DNA of 64,000 bases from Eledone cirrhosa (Eukaryota). The notes beneath the pieces were generated by a model that was not told the DNA's origin, did no database searches, and saw nothing but the letters and a program-made list of their open reading frames with translations. Shown here piece by piece: positions 1-12,439 of the stretch (positions are counted from its first letter, which is position 1; each line of letters starts with the position of its first letter). The stretch spans positions 252,030,001-252,094,000 of the forward strand of contig OZ024743.1 in NCBI GenBank assembly GCA_964016885.1, read 5' to 3'. Both the position numbers and the translations under genes were made by a program.

Positions 1-681
1 CCCTCTCTACCCCTCCATTTTACAGCATGGTCATTAAGAAAAAAAAAAAAAAAAAAATTATTGACACGACTCACACACCAATACTCATGCATACAAACCA
101 CAACCACACATACCAACACTCATTCATGCATACAATCACACACACAACTCACAAACACATATATATATACATATATTACCGACAGTACTGATACAAAATC
201 AAAATCAAAATCAAAATATATATATATTATAGTTGAAACAGAAAACAAAAAAACAACGAAGCGAAGAGGCAGTACAAAGTGTTAATATATGAGTGTATGT
301 GTTTATATATATATAAAAATCAGTATATATATATATATATATAGTTAAAAGAATAGAGGTGTAACACACAAGTTATTATATATTGGTAAACGGAATAGAA
401 AATGCTGACAAATTGTTCACAGTTGAAAAATGGTTTAATTAGGAATAAAAGAGTATTAGTGATTGTATGGGTTAGTATTCAGTTGTGGTTTTAAGTTTTT
501 AAGTTTTTACCGGTTGCGCATTTCTAAATGCTTTTCAAAAATAATTTTGAGATAGAGTGTCCGTGCTGTTTGCTCTGATCTGATTAGTTTTGGGAATTCT
601 ACCTGTTTTTATGTTAAAAAAGTGGCTCCAGCAAAAATTCTTGTGCTCAAAACAATTTTGATTGGTCGGTAGAGGTCATGT

Positions 682-1345
682 GAATAAAAAATTAGAAATA
701 AGAGGGATCAGATGTTGTTTACTAGAGAGAAGGCTACGTTGGTATGGTCACGTGATGCGCATGAAGGACGATAGCTGTATAACAAAGTGCAGGGCAATAA
801 AGATAGATGGTAGCCACGGAATAGGCAGACCCAGAAAAACCTGGGACGAGTTGATAAACTCCGACCTCACACACTTACACCTCACCAAGACAATGTCACT
901 GGACCGAGACCTTTGGCGGTACTCAGTAATAGAGAAGACCCACCTTACCTAAATACAAAGTAAAACCTACTACAGTCAGTAGGCATCTCTAACAAAATAC
1001 ACCCCCGTCCCACCACCCCCACCCCATCCACACCGCCCCCTTCTATGTAAAGTTATGTTGGTGCCACACCATCCAGGCCGAAACAAATGAGATCGTGTAG
1101 GTGTCACGACAAAAAAACACACAGTCCACGCTGTAATGTGGCCGTGTAGGCAACACGGTAAAAACCTCCCAGACCCACACTGTAAATGTGGTTGGTGTTA
1201 GGAAGGGCATCCAACTGTAGAAAACCTGCCAGACAGTCCTATGCGAGCAAGACAATCATCTTGCCTCAAGTGGGAAAACCCCCGTCCAAACCCATGCAAG
1301 CGTGGAACACGGACGTTAAACGTTGATGATGATGATGATGATGAT
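682..1345 (+). mobile_element. RTE LINE family A, 3' fragment (RT C-terminus + ~390 bp 3'UTR + (GAT)n tail)
   Basis: ORF 662-952 ...ERRLRWYGHVMRM...GRPRKTWDE...DRDLWR is nearly identical to the end of the 12648-13868 ORF; ends ggacgttaaacgtt(gat)n. Confidence 0.95.
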
Positions 1346-1984
1346 ATACATAAACCAATAAAACAAAATTTTCAGCAAACAATTTCTGCTTTCACCTCTT
1401 GCAGAATGTTCTGAAACTGAGAAATATCAATCCGCGATTATAAATGTAAATACTAGAAAAAAAATTTCGACCAACTAGTGTTTTTAAAATTAGAAAGACA
1501 TAATGGTAACATATGAACACATTCTCTTCAGATATAGCAAAATATATGCAAGGAGATTTTCTTTTTAGAATAACCGCATATTTTTCTGCTACCCTCTATG
1601 CAAAATGTTAATATAAGTAATGTTATTAAAGATTACTTGTTAGGTATTTCCCCTGAGCAGATAAATATTATGAGAATTTTAATAGAAGTGTGGTTAAAAT
1701 ATCCTATTTCACAACTCCTAACCTCACACACAACATCACTGCATCTAACTTAGCTAAATTACCTAACCATAGTAATATAGAAAACTCTGAATTTATTTCT
1801 AGCTGTAAAAGCATCTATAGGGACTACTGCCTTTTAACTGGGAAATGCATATTGTGCAATATACTGTATAAATAAGGCTTACATATAGTTAACAGCCAAT
1901 AGATGCAAGCAGTGTTTGTTGTACATGCACTCCCAATCATTTCAAACTCCTTTAAGAAGGAATATGATTTCGATTTTGGACTAT

Positions 1985-2822
1985 ATCAGGACTAAAGTGC
2001 TCACAAATAAAAAAGAAGAAAGGGGCCTTATTCCCTCAATATGTAGAAAAGGAGTAGGCATAAACTCTATAAGATACACACAATGTAAATCTTGGATACA
2101 CAAGAGATGTAGAGGGATATCAGGTAGACAAACAGGAAGAGAAGTTTTTGTTTGTAAAAGATTCACAAGGGTGATCAAGGGGAAGAGCGTCAGTGATGTA
2201 AACCATTTTTGATCGCATAAAGGGTTCATAGAAGTGGTTGATAGATTCTGTTATCTATGTGACCTAATTAGTAGCAGAGGAGGGTGCTCTAAGAGCATAA
2301 GAGCTAGAATAAGGATAGGATGGAAAAAGTTTAGAGAGCTATTCTCATTGTTGACAAAAGGTTTCTCCCTACATACAACAGGACAAACATATGATGCCTC
2401 TGTGTGAAGTGTGATGCTGTATGGTAATGAAACATAAGCAGTGGCTGTAGAGGACATGCGTAGGTTGGAGAGAAACGAAGAAGTCATGCTTTGTTGGATG
2501 TGTAATGTAAATAAGAGAGAAAGGCAGGGGCTTGGATGGGCTGGAGGAAAAACTGGGTTTAAGAGGAATCCGAAGTGGTATGCACGAGAGGAGATTGCAT
2601 TGGTATGGTCATGTGATGCACATGGATGATGATTGCTGGGTGAAGAAGTGCCAGGAAATTTGGGTTGTAGGAAGCTGCAATACAGGTAGACCATGGAAGA
2701 CTGGGAAAGATGTGGTGAGAACTAATCTCAAATTGCTAAGACTCACATAGATGAAGGATCACAGTTAGTGGAAGGATGTTGTGCTGAAGAGGGCCAAACG
2801 AACCCATGCAGTGATGATGATA
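1985..2822 (+). mobile_element. Degenerate RTE LINE 3' fragment (older copy)
   Basis: Broken frames: SICRKGVGINSI..CKSWIHKRC, EDMRRLERNE, ERRLHWYGHVMHM..GRPWKT; short gatgatga tail before (TA)n. Confidence 0.9.
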
Positions 2823-3416
2823 TACATATATGAATGCATATATATATTTATATATGTGTATGTGTGTACGTATTTATGATATATATATATATGTAAACAT
2901 GTATATATATGTCTATCTGTATATATATATATATATACATGCCTAAATGTATGTATGTATATATATATATACATACGTATACATTTATACATATATATAC
3001 ACACAAATATATGTATATACAAATAAATATGTGTATATATATATATACAGTATATACAAATATATGTGTGTATATATATATGTATATACAAATATATGCG
3101 TGTGTGTGTGTATATATATATATATGCGTATATATTATATCAATTTCATATGCGTTTTCGTTTTTATATTCTTTCTTTTTTCTTTCTTTCTTCATAAATG
3201 AGTTATTTATTCCTCTATATCTCATCATGCTTATTATTCTTTAATTATTCTTCTATTGTTCAAAGAATGAAATTCTCAGAGTGACTCACTGCAAAATTTG
3301 GTTTCATATTATATGTGAACAAAAAATATTAATACACATACACACACACATACATATATTTATGCGGACATATAAATACATTTGTGTGTGCATGTGTGTA
3401 TGTTTATATGTATATG

Positions 3417-3452
<36 letters not shown>

Positions 3453-3987
3453 TGCATTTGTGTGTGTGTGTAATCTATATATATACATATTTGAACTTCA
3501 TACAATGCAATTGTATTTTATTTATTATTTATTCATTTATATTTTTTTTTTTTCATGTAAAAGCTAGGTGTGGTGGGGCTGAGAGAGAATTCTTTTCAGA
3601 ATAGAATTGTATTTGTCTTTTATTATATAATTTTGGTAGAAAATGCAGTAAGTTGTTGGTTCGTTTTCAAATATCTTATCAATGTTGCAGTCTTCCTGAC
3701 TCTAGAGAATAGAACCATATTTTTGTTTACATATCTTCTTCCTCTCAATTCTTTCAACATTTTGGTTTTTATATATAGCTGTTTATTAATTTATATATTT
3801 GTTTTGTATACTTCAATGTTGGTTTATTTCAAAATTAGATTGATTGTATTGCACTTATTACTGTTAGAAGCTGTCATAAGCCACCATTCTGAGTAGAATA
3901 TATACATATATATATATATATATATTTATAGAAGAATGGATGGATAGGTCTGTGTGTGTGTGTATATATATATATACACACACATAG

Positions 3988-4438
3988 GAAAATGAGAAAA
4001 CTCATTGCTAGAACAGCTGTTCAAACAGCTAAATGCTGTCAAAGATAGCTATGGACAAAAATGCCTCAGAGAATAGAGACCAGCAGCCAGCAGAAAGATT
4101 TATTTTTCAGTTGCACGATCCACCATTTTAAAATGCTACTCTCAATTAAATCCTGCTATTTGAGAGCTGATGATGGTGAAGATGTGTATGTGCAAACTTA
4201 TCTCGTACATCACCTTTCTTTATTTCCTCTTCAGGTCACTTCTGTGTGCAAACACACTTCTCCTTGTCCTTCTCCTCTTTCAATCTTTTCTGTATTTCAT
4301 CTGTCACCCCATTGTGGATTGTCTATGTTGACCACTGGCCCTTGGTCTCTGTCCTCTTAGGCATTTTTTAACATTGCTGTCTTTGACTGCATTTGGCTAT
4401 TTGAACAGCTGTTCAAACGATGAGTTTTCTCATTTTTC
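3988..4438. repeat. Fold-back element: ~100-bp imperfect inverted arms flanked by (TA)n
   Basis: gaaaatgagaaaactcattgctagaacagctgttcaaacagctaaatgc (3988) is the near reverse complement of gcatttggctatttgaacagctgttcaaacgatgagttttctcatttttc (ends ~4438). Confidence 0.85.
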
Positions 4439-4513
4439 TATGTATTCAAATACAATCCTGCTTCGTCTTGATCAGAGACAACAATGTTTTTTCATATATA
4501 TGTATATATATAT

Positions 4514-4690
4514 ATCATCATCATCATCATCATCATCATCATTTTACGTCCGCTTTTCCCTGCTTCCAAGGGTGGGACGGGAACTGATTCTGGCTTGATT
4601 TCTACAGCTGGATGCCCTTCCTAACACCAACCTCATTTACAGTGAGTGCTGGGTGCTTTTTTGCCGTGGCACCTCCACAACCACTTTGCA
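4514..4690 (-). mobile_element. Short non-autonomous RTE-tailed element (chimeric SINE-like)
   Basis: (cat)n-tttacgtccgcttttccctgctt..ggtgggacgggaactgattctggcttgatttctacagctggatgccc; near-identical to copies at 26255 and 38530. Confidence 0.85.
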
Positions 4691-4719
4691 GTGGAATGAT
4701 ATGGACCCCAGTCCCTATC

Positions 4720-4863
4720 ATCTCATTTCTACAGCTGAGTAAACTGGAGCAATGTGAAATAAAGTGTCTTGGTCAAGGAAACAACACATCACCCAGTCTG
4801 AAAATTGAACTCACAACCTATCGATTGCAAGGCCAATGCTTTAACCACTAAGCCATGTGCCTC
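4720..4863 (-). mobile_element. tRNA-derived SINE (CORE-like family)
   Basis: Minus strand ggaggcacatggcttagtggttaaagcattg...tgagttcaatt (A/B-box-like) followed by gtttccttgaccaagacactttatttcacattgctccag; similar copies at 15330, 51695, 53060. Confidence 0.75.
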
Positions 4864-4904
4864 CATATATGTATATATATATATCATGTTTAGTATAGAA
4901 ATGG

Positions 4905-4955
4905 CTTCTACAGGACTAGAACTGTTTCATTCAAAAGAAATCATCAGGGCTTATA
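4905..4955 (-). ncRNA. Degenerate minimal hammerhead-like motif in a Penelope-like remnant
   Basis: Minus: CTGATGA-tttcttttgaat-GAAA-cagttc-TA-gtcctgta; a related 3' half at ~38500-38530 reads GAAA-cagttg-TA; stem I decayed. Confidence 0.35.
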
Positions 4956-5214
4956 CATGGTTTTTATGCTGTAACCTCATGAGGATAAGCCATTTAGCGA
5001 TCCAAAATCACTTCATGTAAATAGTTTATCCCAGCTAAAAGTTGGTGATTAGGAGTGACAGAGTATTCATTTAGCAAATTAAGAGTAGTTAAGATGTGGT
5101 TATTCACCATAATTGCTTTATTGCATCATTTATATTTCTTTTACATCACAACTAGATGGTAATACATGACCACCGGCATATCTTCATAATTGCATAACTA
5201 CGACTATGATTGTA

Positions 5215-5270
5215 TGAACATCTGATGAAGTCACATGCATAACCATGTAACAGAAATATATCTCATGCAA
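5215..5270 (+). ncRNA. Degenerate minimal hammerhead-like motif
   Basis: CTGATGA-a-gtcacatg-cataac-catgtaac-a-GAAA-tata-TC; stem II is clear, stem I is not. Confidence 0.4.
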
Positions 5271-6039
5271 TAAAGCAATTATAGAGAAGTAACCCCTCTC
5301 AATTTCATACTTACATATATATATAGAATATAATGAATAATTTGCTCATACATGGAGATACTATAAAATAGCTTGTAAAATAGGATGAAGACCCATTAAA
5401 GATGGAAAAAATGTTACCTTTGGTCACTTATAAATTTCATTTAATAATTGGTTGATATTAGTTGTATTAATTTTATTGATAACCTTAATTAATTTGTTTA
5501 CTTATTGCTGCTACTTTCCTCTTCACCTGCCTGTCGCCCACCTTGTGGATATTCTATGGAGTATACTCTGTTTCTGGAATTCATTAGTGGGTGGCTCGGT
5601 ATTGCACTACCATAGTTGCAGGAAGCATTTTGTGATAGTGGGATTTAGTAAATCTATCAATATATTTTACTCCTAGTAGTAATTCTAGTTGAGTGCTTAT
5701 TTTAAAGACACATCTGAATTTAGCTTCTTGATTCTTTTAGACAATTATTTAAGGGTGCAGCAATCTGATTTCAAGCCACTACAGTCACACAGAAATGGAA
5801 CTAACTACTACTAGTATGTTCGGTGCCTTGTGTTGTTTACTGGACAAGCCCACTGAAGATCTGTATGCCAATTCCGGGTTGTTATACAACTGACTGTTTG
5901 AATAAGCACTTATTTACATAACTACTACTAACAGATTTGCATCGGTGAAACCATCACTAGTTTTAGTATATATCAATATTTTTTATGTTCTTTTATTCAT
6001 TGATTTGATTTATTAATTGGAAGAACCCCATATAACAAT

Positions 6040-6560
6040 TGGGCAGCCACAATCCACAAACTTACACTCCAAGCCTATCCCCACCCCTCATTATAAAACT
6101 TTCACCTCTATAATATCTTTCTAACATACCAAATATGAAAAAAAAGAGCATCCCCTTTTACAAAGCTCTAACCTCTATAACATCTGTCTAGCATACATGA
6201 AACCTATTAGGTAAACACTCTATTATATGTTTTCAGCCCACATAATAGATTCCCCAACCTTAAACAACTTCTTATTTTGCACAAATCTAAGTAGGAGATA
6301 TTTTCCTTTATATAACTGACAACTGAACCCCCAAGTTCTGTCCCCTTCCATAAGAACTCTCTGGTAGAATTCTAATTCGGATCACATACATTTCAAGGAT
6401 GCTGAACTGACAAGCTGCAGAAATAATTCCCCAGCGAAACATGTATTTGACAGATGAAAATGTGAATTTAACCTAGTTTTGTATATTACAACTCATCCCT
6501 TGAACTGAGTGCTCTACCAGCTAAGAATATACATTTTCATTACAAAATTCACTGCACATT
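6040..6560 (+). mobile_element. Highly decayed Penelope-like element fragment with terminal hammerhead
   Basis: aaaaagagcatccccttttacaaagctcta = KKSIPFYKAL (PLE KKSIPYSQALR-like), FPNLKQLL; hammerhead-like motif at 6402-6450; ends in (CA)/(TA)n. Confidence 0.5.
6402..6450 (+). ncRNA. Minimal hammerhead, core mutated (CTGACAA)
   Basis: tgaa-CTGACAA-gctg..cagc-GAAA-catg-TA-tttg; palindromic stem III ACATGT; G>A at a CpG in the core. Confidence 0.5.
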
Positions 6561-6626
<66 letters not shown>

Positions 6627-7067
6627 GGGCTTGAAAGGCTGAAAGGTAAAGTTGAACTCAGCAGTATTTCAACAGAGATCACAAAGAGCTAGAACAAATG
6701 CCACAAAGCATTCTATCTGATATTCTAACAATTCACTGCCAGAGGTTTGTTAACAATAGCCCAAATGACACCAACCTCAACACTAATTGGAGAATATAAG
6801 AAAACAAGAAACATACAGAAAGAACATGATTCTTGTATGTCTTGGTAGCTAGGGTACTGATTATATATGTTTAGTTGCTAGGTTACTTATTGCACTTCAC
6901 TGAAATTAGGAATCAAACCTAATTTGTCACATAAGTCAATAGAAACTCAGTATGGTGTAATTAGTATGACAGTTAATCAACAAGTGATTACTAAAGGGTT
7001 TCGACCATACCACAGAGCTTTTTGCCATATTTTGATCTCAAATTTCTGTTTACATAGTAGTAATGTT

Positions 7068-7072
<5 letters not shown>

Positions 7073-7161
<89 letters not shown>

Positions 7162-7210
7162 CACACACACATACACACACACACATACATATACATATAT
7201 ATATATGTGT
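7073..7210. repeat. (CA)n/(TA)n microsatellite
   Basis: ~40 uninterrupted CA units. Confidence 0.98.
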
Positions 7211-7784
7211 GTATGTAATTAAGAATAGTTATCTGAAAGGTAATGGAAAGAAACCACAGTTAAAACAGGTAGTGAATACATTAGTAGAGAAGAAACATCT
7301 ATGTGTGTGTATATATATATAAAGTAGTATGTTATTTGAAGACTATGACAATGCAAAATGGACGGGAGATTTTGGAATAAATTGAAGGTAGCAAATATGT
7401 TGGTGTGCCACCGGTTATTTTATTTATATATATGTATATAGGTATATGTTAATACACATATTTATATGTATTTATATGTATATATATATGCAGATGTATA
7501 CATATATATACATATATGTCTATGCATATATATTTATATGTGACTTTGACCCTAAAACTGTCAACTTCAATATTTGGTCCTTCTTTTGGGTAAGATGGGC
7601 ATAGTTTTTCTTCCATCCGTTCATACTCTATATTCATCAATCTCTTATTGTGACATTTCCAGGACTCTTTCTTTTGGACATCAGTGGTGCTAAGTGTACC
7701 GGTGTCATTTCTAACACATTTTGCCCCAACATCTCAATTTAGACTAAAACAACCATCAGAAATATTTGCTGCGATTCTAAAAGT

Positions 7785-8090
7785 ATTGGGAAAGGTAGGT
7801 TTAAGAGTAATCGAAAATGGTGTGCAGGAGAGAAAACTGCATTTCTATGGACATTTAATGCACATGGACAATGACTGATGGGTGAAGAAAGGCCAGGAAA
7901 TACTAGTGGAAGCAAGCCACAGTAGAGGGCGACCAATAAAGACCTGAGTAAATGTTGTGAGAGCTGACCTCAAATCGCTAAGACTGGAAGAGGAGATGAT
8001 GAAGGAATGTGACAAGTGGAGAGATGCTGTGCTGGGAAGGACCTATCTAACTGATGCAAGTGAGGAAAAACAGACTTGAAAAGAATGACA
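7785..8090 (+). mobile_element. Degenerate RTE LINE 3' end (family B-like)
   Basis: VQERKLHFYGHLMHMDND.., DKWRDAVLGRT; resembles 61378-61640. Confidence 0.8.
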
Positions 8091-8149
8091 TATCAGAAAT
8101 ATGGATTAATAAGCAACAATTACAAGATTTTCCATAAATATAGTTATAT

Positions 8150-8295
8150 GGGCAGGCATAGTTGTATTGGTAAGGTTTTTGTGTTACACACACATGGTTT
8201 CAGGTTCAGTCCCACTGAATAGCCCCTTAGGCAAGTTTTACTATAGCTTCAGATTGACCAATGCTTTTTTAGTGAAATATGCTAGAAAGAAACTG
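8150..8295 (+). mobile_element. tRNA-derived SINE 5' part
   Basis: ggcaggcatagttgtattggtaagg...ggtttcaggttcagtcccactg (A/B-box-like). Confidence 0.55.
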
Positions 8296-9589
8296 CAAAA
8301 GTTTATTGATGTGCTCCTTGAAGCAAGAATGGATTCAGTCCATTTACTCTTTCTTAGAAACAAGGCACACATACACACACATGTATGACTGTGCACCTAT
8401 GTATATATATATATGGACCCATAACTCATTATGGAGTTGTAGGTGTGCTGTAGGACATATGGTATGACTTGGGCATTATAAACCTGTCAGAGCCCATCCT
8501 CTCTCTTTATCGAGAACCAACTGAGAAGGAGAGAGACAAACCCAAATGATTTCTTTCAAAGAAGGAGAGAGAGCTATAGAGGAAGAATCGGCCCCACTAC
8601 TGAACTGGTGCTTATTTTTTTTGTCAAACTTGAAATGAGTAGGATTTGAATGCCGAGTGCAGAGAACGGAAATGAATATCATTATGCATTCTGTCTGACG
8701 TTCTAAGAATTCACTGCCTTGTGTGTACCTATATAAACTACATTTGAATCTCTAAGATTCAAACATTTCCTTATCCAACTCTTCATTTTAAAAACGATAT
8801 TCACTAGTATGCAAGGAATAAAGATTTTTTTTTCTCAGTTATATTGAACCCATATCAATTTAAACATTTGGCAACCTGGGTCCTTGAACAATCTCCCTAC
8901 TCACAACGATTATACTTGAGATGACCATTCAAAAGAATCATTTCTAATTTAGACACTAGGCCAGCAAGTTGGTGAGGGTAAGGTGATTACATCAACCCGG
9001 TACTAGTAAAACACTGGGCCAACGTAATCATGTTCCTTTTTATCATCCAAATTACTGGCTTTATGCTAAAATTAGAAATGGTTTTTATGGATAGCCATCT
9101 TAAGTCTTATCTCAACCAACTCCTTCAGCACATTTCCCTTGCTATCATCCAGGGAAACACTTTTTGCATTTGATATTTTTTCTGATGGCACAATGAAGCA
9201 ATGACAATAAAATCATTGTTTTTCCACAGTTGATGTTGATCATATAGCAGTGGAAATATATGATTTCCTGGGTCCCTAAGCCAATTTCCTACTTACTGTA
9301 ATTAGGAAAGAGATAACCATCTACAGGAATGAGTCCTGTGAGTTGGACTGGCTCTTATCTGTGCATCTCATTCACTAACCTCTGGGGCTAATACATTTAA
9401 CTTTCTGTCCACTGGAGTCATAAAGCAAGAACAATAAAACAGTTGCTGTATCGCTGTCTATTGATATATTAACTCATGTTATATTAACTAACAACAAAAG
9501 AAACTTTAAAGAATGCACACTGACAGATTGGTTTGTGGAGATTATGTATGATAAATACAACTGATGGTCTTTACTTTTGTCAATTAACT

Positions 9590-9800
9590 TGAGAAGGGAC
9601 CCCAGAAGCAGCAACTCCATTAGCCAACATTCTATTGAGTCTATATTCAAAGGAATTAATGGCATAATTATCTATTAAGATGACATATTCATCTTTATAA
9701 CGACACAGAATAAATTGAAGAATCGAGAAAATACAATTATTTCCAGACTAAAAGGAAGCAATGTATCAATTAATTCCAATAAATGTATTAATCAGATGGA
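9590..9800 (+). mobile_element. Decayed Gypsy-type LTR retrotransposon RT remnant
   Basis: ttcaaaggaattaatggcataattatctattaagatgacatattc = FKGINGIIIY*DDIF (YxDD); downstream RLKGSNVSINSNKC. Confidence 0.45.
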
Positions 9801-10839
9801 TCTTCCATAGATTTCCAAGTAATGAATATTTCAAAGTTTCGAATAAAATTATCGTGATTCAACAAACAATATCCAGTGAATCAGGGATCCTAGATTGAAT
9901 GAAGAAATTGAGAAATATTTTAGGGTTCATAAACAGAGTCTGTACCGGCTACAATCATTGGACTGTGAAGATGAAGAGATTGGGGCAATGACATCAAGAT
10001 ATCTACTCAAGTATATTGATACAAACACCCATTTCATTCCATGTCTCGTCCTTATTATATTGATCCCTATTTGTTGATTATAGGGTATAAACAAGGAGTA
10101 AACATACCCATATTGGGACATACACACATACATACACACACACATATCTATATTGTTGTGTGTATGCCAGGTTTTAGAATAGGTACACCATATCCTTGTG
10201 TGAAATATGAGGTGACTAAAAGGGTTAGTGACAGGAAGGGCATCTGGCTATAAAACATTGTCTCAAAACATCCCATCCAACCCATCCCAACATAGAAACA
10301 TAGACGTAAAAACACAATGATGATGATGATGATGATATAAATGCACCATGGTAGAAAACACCCAGTACACTCTGTAAAGTAGTTGGTGTGAGGAAGGGTA
10401 TCCAGCTATAGAAACTAGGCCTAAAATTGGAATGTACAAACATGCATACATACATTTACACACACACTGCTAGTAGAAACAACCGAGTAAGTTTGTTCTA
10501 CAATTATATTTGACAAACAACATTTTCTCTTGAACTTTCCATATATACATGTATATATATATACCCGCGCACCACCATTATTACGTGGACCAATCATAAG
10601 TCAGAGGCCCATACTATCGCTTAACTGGTTGCTTTTCGATATGATGGATGGACTACGGAATTCTGGAGAGTTGAAGAGAGAAAAATGTGGACGCTCAGCG
10701 ACAATGCCAAAGATAAAGACAAATTCAACTCGTGGACGAGAATGCAAGCACTCCTCCTTGTTTCGCCCCAGGATGGCTAACATAACCCCATCCCTCCCCC
10801 GCTCCCCACCGCTCCCACCCTCCAAACGCAATCCAAAGC

Positions 10840-12439
10840 TTCAGAGTTGGTACCATGAATGTAGGCACCTTAAAGGGTCGCTCTAACGAGGTAGATAGAA
10901 ATGCTTGAACATAAGGAGGTCGATGTTTGTTGTATTCAAGAGACCAGGTGGAGGGGAGGGTCGGCTAGATTCATCGTGGGTAAAGAACGATGCTATAAGC
11001 TTTTCTGGGTGGGAAATGACAATGGGTTGGGTGGGGTAGGAATCATGGTAGCAGAAAAGTGGGCAGATAAGATAATAGACGTAAATAGAGTGAACGACAG
11101 AATAATTAACATAAGACTTGTCCTCAATAAAACTACGGTGACAGTAATATCTGCGTACGCACCCCAATCCGGACTGCCCGGCGCTATAAAAGACAGATTC
11201 TACGAGACACTGATGCTCGCTACCTCCCAAATAACCGACAGTGACTATATAGTTATTGCAGGCGACCTAAATGGTCACGATGGACAACATTGTGACGGCT
11301 ATGACGGAATCCATGGAGGCTATGGGTTCGGTACTAGAAATGAGGAAGGCTCCAGAATCCTGGAATTCTGCGACGCAAATAACTTAACTATCTGTAACAC
11401 TAACTTCAAAAAACGAGACAATCACTTGATCACCTATAGATCGGAGGAACACACAAGCCAGGTAGATTATATCCTTACCAGAAGACGTGACAGAGTGTCT
11501 GTTGTTAACACTAAATCCCACCCCCATGAAGAATTCACCTCCCAACATAGACTGATAATTAGCGACCTCATAGTCAGGACGAGACGTACTAGACGGCGGA
11601 AGAGGACTATCCTCAGGAGAAAAGTATGGAAGCTAAAGGACCCCATAGCCAGAAATAAATTTCAAAGCATATTACTTGACGCTTTCGACAGTAAGGAAGA
11701 GCAATTAGAGTCGTATAATATAGAGGAACAGTGGGAATTCCTGAGAGCAAACCTGCTGACGGCGGCAGACGAAGTCTGTGGCTGGAGCAGGCCTGTAGGT
11801 GGGAGGAGAGTAACATGGTGGTGGAACAGTAAGGTGGAGGAGTCAATTAAGGCCAAAAAGCAGGCTTGGAAAGTGTGGCGGGATGGGGGAAGTAGAGAAG
11901 ACTATCAAGTGGCCAGGAGGGAAGCTAGGAGACAAGTGTACTTCGCAAGAAGGGAAGCAGAGGAAAGAAAGTTCAAGCATGTTCTACAACGTGAGGACCA
12001 AAAACGTGAGGTGTTCAGGATTGCCAGGCAATGTGTCAAGGAAAACCGTGATATTGTCGGGGAGAAGTGTGTACTTAACGATGATGGCATACTTGCCATC
12101 ACCGACGCTGATAAGAAGGTAGCTTGGAAGTGTCACTACGAAAGGCTTCTAAATGAGGAGAACAAATGGGAGAAAGACAGTCTCCCCCACATCGACCCAA
12201 TAGAGGGACCAGTAGTGTTAGTCCAGGGTAGTACAATAAGCAAGGCAATCAAAGATATGAAGACGGGTAAGGCGGCTGGTCCTTCGGAAATAGTTGCTGA
12301 GATGCTGAAGGCATCTGGTTCGGTGGGACACACCATGGTCACCCGGATAGTTAACCAAGTCGTACAGAATGGGGTTGTTCCGAAGGACTGGCGTAGTAGC
12401 ATCATCGTTAACTGCTATAAGGGAAAAGGAGATGCCTAG
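10840..12439 (+). pseudogene. LINE ORF N-terminal part: AP endonuclease + linker + start of RT
   Basis: RVGTMNVGTL (shifted frame), CIQETRW, SAYAPQ, AGDLNGH, SQVDYIL, SQHRLI; TWWWN; KAAGPSEI..EMLK. Confidence 0.95.
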
